Positions 49,220 to 57,560 of a stretch of 64,000 nucleotides of DNA are shown here, piece after piece; within the stretch, counting starts at the first letter, position 1, and each line of letters begins with the position of its first letter. The DNA is taken from the IMG/VR virus record IMGVR_UViG_3300025858_000010, positions 64,001 through 128,000 of that record; one strand, 5' to 3'. Below the pieces are notes generated by a model. That model made no database searches and was not told the origin of the DNA. It saw only the letters and a program-made list of their open reading frames with translations. The stretch comes from a virus (taxonomy: Duplodnaviria; Caudoviricetes). The position numbers and the translations under genes were made by a program.

Positions 49220-50989
49220 ATGATATTAACTAAAAATTCAAATGTTACTATAACTTCGAGAAATATGGGTTATTATATTAATTACTTTAATGATATTAAA
49301 ATAAATGATGTAATAAACGTTGATATAAATATTTTACATAAAGGAAGTAATTTAAAGATTAATGTATGTTGTGATAATTGTGGACAAGAAAAGGAAGTGT
49401 CTTATGTCAAGTATAATAATTATATAAAGGATGATGGTAAATATTACTGTAAAGATTGTAAATGGATAAAATATAAAGAAACAAATATAAAAAGATACGG
49501 AGTAACAAATCCATTAAAAAAAATGGAACTAAAAGAAAAAATAAAAAAATCTCTTATAGATAAATATGGTGTTGATAATCCAATGAAAGATAAAAATATA
49601 AAAGAAAAAGTAAAAAATACAATAAATGAAAAATATGGAGTTGACAACGTTTTTCAAAATGATGAAATAAAAGAAAAAATAAAAAATACGAATTTATTAA
49701 AATATGGGATTGAAAGTCATAATAAAAATGAAAAAATTAAAGAACATAAAAAAAATACATATTTAAAAAATTTTGGATATGAAAATGTTTTTTCATCTCC
49801 TGAAATAATAGATAAAATTAAAGAAATATTAATAGATAAATATGGTGTTGATAATATTTTTAAAAATGGTATAATTAGAGATAAATTTATAAATGAAAAC
49901 AAAATAAAATGGTTTAATGAAATTAAAAATAAATATAAAAATTTAAATTTTATTAATGCAGATTTTGTTAAAAAAGAATTTCAAATTAATTGTGATAAAG
50001 GGCATACTTTCAATATAACTTTTAATTTATTTTATAACAGAAATAGAGAAAATTGCAAAACTGAAATTTGTACTATTTGCAATCCAATAGATAAACAAGA
50101 GTCCGGTTTGGAAATTCAAATTAGAGATTTTATAAAAGAAAATTATGATGGTATAATAGAATTAAACAATAATATTATTATAAATCCATATGAGATAGAT
50201 ATTTATTTACCAGAATTAAAAATTGGATTTGAATTCAATGGTCTTTATTGGCATTCGGAGATTTATAAAGACAAAAATTATCATATAAATAAAACAAATA
50301 TATCGGAATCAAAAGAAATAAAATTAATTCAAATATATGAAGATGATTGGTTATATAAACAAGATATAGTTAAATCCAGAATACTAAATTTGCTAGGCAA
50401 ATCTAATAAGATAATGGCTAGAAAAACTGAAATTAAAGAATTTAATGACACTAAAATGATAAAAGATTTCTTGGATAAAAATCATATTCAAGGACACGTT
50501 GGATCAAAAATTAAAATAGGACTTTTTTATGAAAATAAATTGGTTTCTTTAATGACATTTGGTGATAAAAGAAAATTAATGGGTCAGAAATCAGTAGTCG
50601 GAACTTATGAAATGTTAAGATTTTGCAATATATTAAATACTAATGTTATCGGCGGAGCTAGTCGATTATTTAAATATTTCGTCGATAAATATAATCCCAA
50701 TGTTGTTATAAGTTACGCTGATCGCAGTTGGTCTAATGGCAATCTTTATAAAAAAATAGGATTTGATTTTATAAGAAAAACAGAACCTAATTATTATTAT
50801 ATAATAAACGGAAAAAGAAAACATAGATTTGTATTCAGAAAAGATAAATTAATTAAAGATGGTGCCGACCCATCAAAAACAGAACATGAAATAATGTTAG
50901 AAAAAAATATTTATAGAATATATGATTCTGGTCATTTAAAATTTATTTGGAAAAATAATAAAAAAACAAACCTCACAGAAAAAAATTGA
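49220..50989 (+). CDS. KYGV-repeat PD-(D/E)XK endonuclease with C-terminal GNAT/Mom-like domain
   Basis: CDNCG, KYGVDNP repeats, EIDIYLPELKIGFEFNGLYWH, RFCN..GGAS, SYADRSWS. Confidence 0.7.
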   Translation: MILTKNSNVTITSRNMGYYINYFNDIKINDVINVDINILHKGSNLKINVCCDNCGQEKEVSYVKYNNYIKDDGKYYCKDCKWIKYKETNIKRYGVTNPLKKMELKEKIKKSLIDKYGVDNPMKDKNIKEKVKNTINEKYGVDNVFQNDEIKEKIKNTNLLKYGIESHNKNEKIKEHKKNTYLKNFGYENVFSSPEIIDKIKEILIDKYGVDNIFKNGIIRDKFINENKIKWFNEIKNKYKNLNFINADFVKKEFQINCDKGHTFNITFNLFYNRNRENCKTEICTICNPIDKQESGLEIQIRDFIKENYDGIIELNNNIIINPYEIDIYLPELKIGFEFNGLYWHSEIYKDKNYHINKTNISESKEIKLIQIYEDDWLYKQDIVKSRILNLLGKSNKIMARKTEIKEFNDTKMIKDFLDKNHIQGHVGSKIKIGLFYENKLVSLMTFGDKRKLMGQKSVVGTYEMLRFCNILNTNVIGGASRLFKYFVDKYNPNVVISYADRSWSNGNLYKKIGFDFIRKTEPNYYYIINGKRKHRFVFRKDKLIKDGADPSKTEHEIMLEKNIYRIYDSGHLKFIWKNNKKTNLTEKN

Positions 50990-51015
50990 CATTTTAAAAT
51001 TAATATATATGTAAG

Positions 51016-51927
51016 ATGTTTTTTTGGTGGATTTTTCCGCCCAAAAAAAAAATGCTTATGAAGAAACAAATTTTTAACCAAGATGTTATTGGTCCTCAAG
51101 ACTTTGATGAATTAGTCAATAAAATGAGGACTTTTTTTATGCAAAAAAATTATAAAGAAGTTTATCCTCAACCAATAAGATCTATTATGGCTGCCTGTGA
51201 GGATCCGAGAACTTTAAGATCTTTTACTTTCGATGGAAATACATGGCCTTTGAGTCAAACTAATCAAATGAATTTGGAAATGATATTACTAACTATGCCA
51301 GAGGAAGCAGATGGTATATATTGTATGACAACATCTTATAGAGATGAACCTAATCCTATACCTGGTAGACATGATAAAATATTTCCAATGTGGGAGTTTG
51401 AACATAAAGGAAACTTTCAAGATCTTATAAAAACATTAAGTGAATTGAGTGTTCATCTTGGTTTTGTGAAAAAAACTGAAGATATTCCAATATTCACATA
51501 TGATGAATTGTGTGAACATTATGGTGTTGATAATTTAGAATCCGATCACGAAATATTAATATGGAAAGAATATGGTGACGTTGTTGGAATAACGTATTTT
51601 CCAGAAAGGACTCATCCATTTTGGAATATGAAACAAGATGGATTAAATAAAAAAGGTGAAAGATTATTTAATAAAACAGATTTTATTATTTGTGGTCAAG
51701 AAACATTTGGATCGGCTGAAAGATCTGTTGATGTAGAACAAATGAGAAATAGTTTCCATAGTATATCAGATGGAATGTATGCCAAGTTATTATATAACGA
51801 ATTTGGTAAAGAAAGAGTTATCAATGAATTAGAATCTTATTTATCATTACCAATGATAAATAGATATGGTGCTGGTATTGGTTTTACAAGATTATATAGA
51901 AATATGAAATTAAAAGGACTAATTTAA
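51016..51927 (+). CDS. class II aaRS catalytic-domain-only protein (Asn/Asp/Lys subclass)
   Basis: motif 2 SYRDE...RH...F, GSAER, motif 3 GAGIGFTRL; no anticodon-binding domain. Confidence 0.8.
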   Translation: MFFWWIFPPKKKMLMKKQIFNQDVIGPQDFDELVNKMRTFFMQKNYKEVYPQPIRSIMAACEDPRTLRSFTFDGNTWPLSQTNQMNLEMILLTMPEEADGIYCMTTSYRDEPNPIPGRHDKIFPMWEFEHKGNFQDLIKTLSELSVHLGFVKKTEDIPIFTYDELCEHYGVDNLESDHEILIWKEYGDVVGITYFPERTHPFWNMKQDGLNKKGERLFNKTDFIICGQETFGSAERSVDVEQMRNSFHSISDGMYAKLLYNEFGKERVINELESYLSLPMINRYGAGIGFTRLYRNMKLKGLI

Positions 51928-52030
51928 TTAGTCCTTTTAATCCTTATCTTGAATACATTTTTTTTTGAATACTTGTATATTTTGATTTAATTGTTTTTTA
52001 TTTAAAATTTTTTTATGTATCTTTGTATAA

Positions 52031-52558
52031 ATGAATAAAGAATTCCATAATAATCAACAAGTCTATATTTTTTTAGATCTAGACGGTGTTTTAGTGACCA
52101 CCAATCAGTATTATACTAATAGGAAAAAATGGCATCCCATGTATGATTGCTACAGGTTTGATGAAAAATGTGTAAAGGTTTTTAATCAAATTCTTGATGA
52201 AGCAATGCTATCAAAAAAACCAATCGTTGTATTATCAAGTGATTGGGGTAAGAAATATTCATTGGAAGTAATGAATAGAATATTTGAGTGGAATAATGTT
52301 AAATGCACTATAACAGATATAACTCCGAATCTTTGGGGAATTGAATTTATGAAAGTTCAAGAACTGGAAGCTTGTCGTGCGTCTGAAATCATAAAATATG
52401 TGTGTGATAACAATGTACAGAAATTCATAGTCATTGATGATTACGATTTGAATCCTTGGTTTGAAGCGAATTTTATTCACATAAAACGCGCTAATGAGGG
52501 AATTAAACAATTGGGCATAAAAGAAAAAATCATTAAATTTTTAAAAGAACACTGTTAA
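52031..52558 (+). CDS. HAD-family phosphatase (RNA-repair HAD type)
   Basis: FLDLDGVL, VLSSDW, R..EI, VIDD. Confidence 0.75.
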   Translation: MNKEFHNNQQVYIFLDLDGVLVTTNQYYTNRKKWHPMYDCYRFDEKCVKVFNQILDEAMLSKKPIVVLSSDWGKKYSLEVMNRIFEWNNVKCTITDITPNLWGIEFMKVQELEACRASEIIKYVCDNNVQKFIVIDDYDLNPWFEANFIHIKRANEGIKQLGIKEKIIKFLKEHC

Positions 52559-52662
52559 AAATAAATTTTCATTGGATTATTTTAATATATAATGAAAATT
52601 AAAAATTAAAAAGATTTATTTTTTTTTTTAATTTTTAATAATAATTTTTTATATATAATAAT

Positions 52663-54063
52663 ATGAAAATATTAAGATATAATAATTTTTTTAAGGAAAA
52701 TGTACAACCTTTTACTGGTGATGAAGAAGTTCAACTACAACCAGAAGAAGATAAATTGAACATTGATCAATATAACCAATTGAGATTATGGGATATTGAT
52801 GATGATAGCTTTAAGACAGAAGATGAAAAGAAAAGGGATTTGAAAGTAAAAAAAATTCATGATGATTTAATTAAAAAAATAAAAAAAGAACCAAAGGTTG
52901 AAGAAGTAAGACAGCCAACACCTATAGAAATTGGTGATTGGGTAGAAATTTTTGATTTTAACGATTTGAATAAAAATCAAAAAAAGTTTTTAAAATCCAA
53001 ACCCTATCATTACGTCAAAGCAGTCACTAATAGTAAAGGCAATATATATGAAGTCGGTGATCCACATATTGATATTGGATATAAAATTCCATTTAAAATG
53101 TGTAGATTTAAAAAAACAGAAAAACCGGATAGTAAATATAAAGTACTTTTTATTCAATTCGATTTGGCTATAGATACACATGGTGAAAAAGATGTCTATA
53201 ATTTTTTTAGAGGATTTGAAAATATGTCCGGATTATTTCCAGTTTTATTTTATGAAAAAATGAAAGATGATGTTTTTGTTAATTTTGTTAATTATGATGA
53301 TATTTATAAAATAAAAAAAGATTATTATGCACATGGTATTTGTTTGAAAGATTACAATTTTGTATTTTTTGGACACGTATCAAATTTCACATCTTTGTGT
53401 AAAATGATTGTTAATTATCTAAATAGAAATGATATTCCTTATTTAAAATATGGTACTTATAGTGAATATGATAATAAGGCTTATGAATTTGATCTTTTAG
53501 AAAATTTAGGATATCCATATATACCATCAATAATGACTACTAAATTAACAAATAAAATAATCAGTATAGTTGAAAATGACTTTGGATTCCCAGTTATTGT
53601 CAAAGATGTTAAAGCAAATAGAGGTACTGGCGTTTTCTTGATCAAAGATTTGAAAAACTTAATCAAAACTTTTTCACATAGATATTCTTCCAATTTGATG
53701 TTGATACAAAAATTCATACCAAACGATGGGGATTATAGGGTTATAACAATAAAAAATAAAGTTGAATTGATAATAAAGAAAAAAAGAATAGACGAAAAAG
53801 AATTTAGATCTAATGTGGCTAGAGGGGCAAAGGCTATAAAAGGAAAATTACCATCTAATATCATTAAAATGTGTGAAGATGTATCTAAACATTTAGACAG
53901 TGATATTTTAGGATTTGACATAATACAGAATAAAAATACAAAGGAATATTACATAATGGAGGTTAATTCGGCTTCACATTTCTCTACCTTTTCTGTTATA
54001 TCGGGTGTCAATATTCCAGAAATAATAGTTAATTATATTATTAAAAAAATCAAAAATAATTAA
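52663..54063 (+). CDS. RimK-like ATP-grasp ligase with N-terminal extension
   Basis: FPVIVK...GTGVFL, IQKFI...DYRV, FRSNVARG, GFDII, MEVNS. Confidence 0.85.
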   Translation: MKILRYNNFFKENVQPFTGDEEVQLQPEEDKLNIDQYNQLRLWDIDDDSFKTEDEKKRDLKVKKIHDDLIKKIKKEPKVEEVRQPTPIEIGDWVEIFDFNDLNKNQKKFLKSKPYHYVKAVTNSKGNIYEVGDPHIDIGYKIPFKMCRFKKTEKPDSKYKVLFIQFDLAIDTHGEKDVYNFFRGFENMSGLFPVLFYEKMKDDVFVNFVNYDDIYKIKKDYYAHGICLKDYNFVFFGHVSNFTSLCKMIVNYLNRNDIPYLKYGTYSEYDNKAYEFDLLENLGYPYIPSIMTTKLTNKIISIVENDFGFPVIVKDVKANRGTGVFLIKDLKNLIKTFSHRYSSNLMLIQKFIPNDGDYRVITIKNKVELIIKKKRIDEKEFRSNVARGAKAIKGKLPSNIIKMCEDVSKHLDSDILGFDIIQNKNTKEYYIMEVNSASHFSTFSVISGVNIPEIIVNYIIKKIKNN

Positions 54064-54064
54064 A

Positions 54065-55078
54065 ATGTATTCATTTAAAAAATATAAAAATTTTTTAAAC
54101 GAAAATAATTATTTGACATTTGATGATCTCGTTTTTAAATATCATCCACAACTGAATACAGAATTTGATAAAATAAACTTCAATAACGGATATGTTCTAT
54201 CGGTATTTAGACTCGATGATAAATATCTACCGGGAAGTGAATATAGTATGTTCTATTTTGATCATGAGAAAAGTAAATACATTCTACTATTTTCATCTAA
54301 AGAAGAAGTTAGTGAAAAAATGATTGAACTTCAAAAAAGAAAAGAAAAAAAGAGAATATTTACTACCGAAGATCCTTATGGCGAAGAAGATTGGAATAAC
54401 GAAAATATAGTTCAGAAAAAAAAGATAAAATATAAAAATTTTTTAAACGAAAATAATTATTTGACATTTGATGATCTCGTTTTTAAAGATCATCCATATG
54501 TAGACGATGTAAAAATTGCCAAAATGGATTTCGATAATGGTTATAGTGTATCTTTATTATTTGGTGAAAAAGTGTATTCAAACTCTAAAGACACATACGA
54601 AATGATGTGTTTTGATTACAGAGGAGAAAATATTTACGATGATGTGTTACCATATTTAACTAAAGATCAAGTTAGTGAAAAAATGATTGAACTTCAAAAA
54701 AGAAAAGAAAAAAAGAGAATATTTACTGCCGAAGATCCTTATGGCGAAGAAGATTGGAATGATGATGATAATATTTCAGAAAATTTAGATCAAAAAGAAA
54801 AAATCACCACGGTACAATTATGGAATGAATATTTACGCAAAGGCAGGAAATATGTGATGGATAAATTAAGATATAGAGATATTGAATTTGTAACAAAATC
54901 AAAAAAAGTTAAAAAATACAAAGGTAAAATATGTGGTTTTGTTCCTGCTTTTTTGTATTCAGATAAAGAAATAATAATTCTTTTCGATACCAAAGAATAT
55001 GGAGTTTTAAAAGTTAATGATAAATATCCAATTATTCTAAATCCAAAAAGTGAATACGAGGACGAAGACGATGAATAA
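54065..55078 (+). CDS. two-module DPYGEEDW protein plus C-terminal domain
   Basis: duplicated KYKNFLNENNYLTFDDLVFK...EDPYGEEDWN. Confidence 0.75.
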   Translation: MYSFKKYKNFLNENNYLTFDDLVFKYHPQLNTEFDKINFNNGYVLSVFRLDDKYLPGSEYSMFYFDHEKSKYILLFSSKEEVSEKMIELQKRKEKKRIFTTEDPYGEEDWNNENIVQKKKIKYKNFLNENNYLTFDDLVFKDHPYVDDVKIAKMDFDNGYSVSLLFGEKVYSNSKDTYEMMCFDYRGENIYDDVLPYLTKDQVSEKMIELQKRKEKKRIFTAEDPYGEEDWNDDDNISENLDQKEKITTVQLWNEYLRKGRKYVMDKLRYRDIEFVTKSKKVKKYKGKICGFVPAFLYSDKEIIILFDTKEYGVLKVNDKYPIILNPKSEYEDEDDE

Positions 55079-55859
55079 ACTTAAAAGTTATATAAATGAT
55101 CTTTTGAAAAATAAAGTTCAACTAGATAAAGATATCTATTCTGATAAAAATGAAACAATTGAAAAAAAAGAAAATCTTAAAATTTTTATTAATTTTGTGA
55201 ATGAAATTTATAAAAATGAAAAAATATCTGTTTTCACTTTTCCCTTTCTTGAAAATATAGACGATTTTATTATAAAACCTGAAAATATTTATTTAATTAA
55301 ACAGATGTTTAAAATAATTCAAAAACAGGCGTTTTATTTTGATATAATCACATCCGGCGATTTTGGAAAATGGATATATAAATTAATCGAAGATAAAGTT
55401 ATAAAATTCAACAACAATTTGGTCGTGGTCAGTGGACAAATTAGAAAAGTTAAAGAAGATGAAAATAATAAAATTGAAATTCTGAAAAAAAGATTTAATG
55501 ATATATCATATAAAGATTTTATATTTATAGACGATAGTTTTGTATCCGGCGGAACTAGAGATAAAATAGATGAATTTTTAAGAAAAAAATTTAATTCCAG
55601 AATAATAAAAACATTCGCTTTCTATACACACTATCACGAAGACGATGACGATGTTCATTCTGAATATTGCTACGCTGATGAAAATAAAGAAAAAATTATA
55701 CCTATTCATAAGCACATGGATTTCATTAACAGTATAGATTTAAAATCATATGAAGATATAATATATTCTAATATTAAAAATGGACAAATATCAGAAATGA
55801 GAGATCTTTTTAGGATTATAAAAAGAATTAGTGAAGCAGAAAAAAAACATAATTTTTAA
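55050..55859 (+). CDS. phosphoribosyltransferase-like protein
   Basis: FIFIDDSFVSGGT PRPP-binding motif. Confidence 0.6.
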   Translation: MNTRTKTMNKLKSYINDLLKNKVQLDKDIYSDKNETIEKKENLKIFINFVNEIYKNEKISVFTFPFLENIDDFIIKPENIYLIKQMFKIIQKQAFYFDIITSGDFGKWIYKLIEDKVIKFNNNLVVVSGQIRKVKEDENNKIEILKKRFNDISYKDFIFIDDSFVSGGTRDKIDEFLRKKFNSRIIKTFAFYTHYHEDDDDVHSEYCYADENKEKIIPIHKHMDFINSIDLKSYEDIIYSNIKNGQISEMRDLFRIIKRISEAEKKHNF

Positions 55860-55904
55860 TTTTAAATATTTTTTGAAAAATAAATTGTAACTTATTTGTA
55901 ATAT

Positions 55905-56159
55905 GTGTGTCTAATTTTAAAAATAAATTATATGAAGAAAACAATTATTACAATAAGTTTAATGTTTATTTTTAATATCACAATAGCCGACATTAAAGAC
56001 TCTAAAATAGAAAATATTCATTTCCAAAAAAATGAAGTTAAAATTAAAGATATAATACCCATTACTCCTAATGAAGCAACTTTTGAAGATTTTTATGACA
56101 CCATTAATATTGAAAATTTAAAGCCAATAACACCAAGAGAAGCTGATTTTAATGAATAA
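55905..56159 (+). CDS. small secreted protein
   Basis: signal peptide; twice-repeated PITP.EA.F motif. Confidence 0.55.
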   Translation: MCLILKINYMKKTIITISLMFIFNITIADIKDSKIENIHFQKNEVKIKDIIPITPNEATFEDFYDTINIENLKPITPREADFNE

Positions 56160-56514
56160 AATAGATTATATAGGGAAATTAATATTAAATTCAAATGAAG
56201 ATCATTGCTCAAATGAATTTATCGATAATGTAATGTCATTATGTTATAAATACGAAAAGAAAAAGGCAAGAATTAGAAAATATAAGAAATATTCTTTATT
56301 TACTTTACCAATTTTATTAATAATATTATTTCTATTTATTCCATTTTTAAATGAATTTATATTAATGATATTGAATAGAATAACTTTAATGATAATTTTA
56401 AGATATTATGTATTAACAACAACTTCTATTATAATATCATTTTATATAATCATGATAGAAAGAATATTTAAATTCATTAAAATGAAAAGTATTAGCCAAA
56501 ATATATGTCTCTGA
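56152..56514 (+). CDS. membrane protein, possibly anti-sigma-like
   Basis: FIDNVM segment followed by two TM helices. Confidence 0.4.
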   Translation: MNKIDYIGKLILNSNEDHCSNEFIDNVMSLCYKYEKKKARIRKYKKYSLFTLPILLIILFLFIPFLNEFILMILNRITLMIILRYYVLTTTSIIISFYIIMIERIFKFIKMKSISQNICL

Positions 56515-57040
56515 AATATTCAAACGCCATTTTAAATAATTGAAGAGGAACATCGTGTTCTAGACCCGGAATGATAAGAATTTGTCCATTGAATTTTTTA
56601 CTTTCTAAATAACTAATAACAAGATGCCCATCAACACCACCGTTGTATTTTCTATCTCTTTCACCAATTATCATCATTTGATCATTATTAACTTGAATAT
56701 CTAAATAATCTTGTGGTAATCTTTGTAGAGTAGGTGCTTCACTGGTTGATGCAATGGCCGGATTAAAATGTAAACCTTTCAAATTATATTTATTACAGAG
56801 GTGGAAACCAAGATGACCACCTGCCGAATAACCAATTATCATATCTGGATGTTCTTTTTCAATTATTTTTTCTAAATGTGGAAAAAGAACATCTCCCTCA
56901 TACCAATAAATTTCAGGATAAATTAATTTGTCACCGAACATAGTGAAAACATTTATAAAGTGTTGACTGCGAACAAATGGCATTAAATTGTTTTGTTCAT
57001 CTCTCATTCTACAAGAACCCGTAATAAACATTAATTTCAT
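56492..57040 (-). CDS. alpha/beta hydrolase (YqiA-like esterase)
   Basis: GYSAGG nucleophile elbow, FNPA, D and H; start reassigned to MKLMF. Confidence 0.7.
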   Translation of the reverse strand: MKLMFITGSCRMRDEQNNLMPFVRSQHFINVFTMFGDKLIYPEIYWYEGDVLFPHLEKIIEKEHPDMIIGYSAGGHLGFHLCNKYNLKGLHFNPAIASTSEAPTLQRLPQDYLDIQVNNDQMMIIGERDRKYNGGVDGHLVISYLESKKFNGQILIIPGLEHDVPLQLFKMAFEYFRDIYFG

Positions 57041-57102
57041 GTTGTTATATATTATTTTTGCAAATATAAAAAAAATTATTAATTTTGTCAAAATTAAATT
57101 AA

Positions 57103-57537
57103 ATGCAAACTTTTTTACCATATTCTGACTTCAAAAAAACCTCAGAAGTATTGGATTATAAAAGATTAGGAAAACAAAGAGTAGAAGCGTCCCAAATATT
57201 AGATATTTTAATGGGCACTAAGAATTCTTGGATAAATCATCCAGCTGTAAAAATGTGGCTCGGATACGATGAAATGTTGAAACTATATTTTAATAACATT
57301 GTAATTGAATGGGTGAAAAGAGGATATAAAAATAATTATAATTTATTTAAGATGGATGAAAATAAATTAATATCCCCGTGGTGGTTAGGTAATGAAAATT
57401 TCCACAGGGCAATGCGCAGCAGACTTATTGAAAAATATCCAGAATTTTATTTACCAAAATTTCCAGAAGATAATGGTTTTAATAATGGTAAATATTTATG
57501 GCCAGTAAATGAAACTAAAACTTTTAGAATGATTTAG
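57103..57537 (+). CDS. pyrimidine dimer DNA glycosylase family protein
   Basis: MQTFLPY, LD.KRLGKQRVE, HPAVKMW.G, PWWLG..FH, YLWP. Confidence 0.8.
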   Translation: MQTFLPYSDFKKTSEVLDYKRLGKQRVEASQILDILMGTKNSWINHPAVKMWLGYDEMLKLYFNNIVIEWVKRGYKNNYNLFKMDENKLISPWWLGNENFHRAMRSRLIEKYPEFYLPKFPEDNGFNNGKYLWPVNETKTFRMI

Positions 57538-57560
57538 ATTTATTTCTTTTTGTATAATCT

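Noticed and set aside
49205-51016. Intron or intein splitting polB around the endonuclease
   Set aside because: Only 14 bp separate the genes, no intein termini are present, and the next gene is not the polymerase remainder
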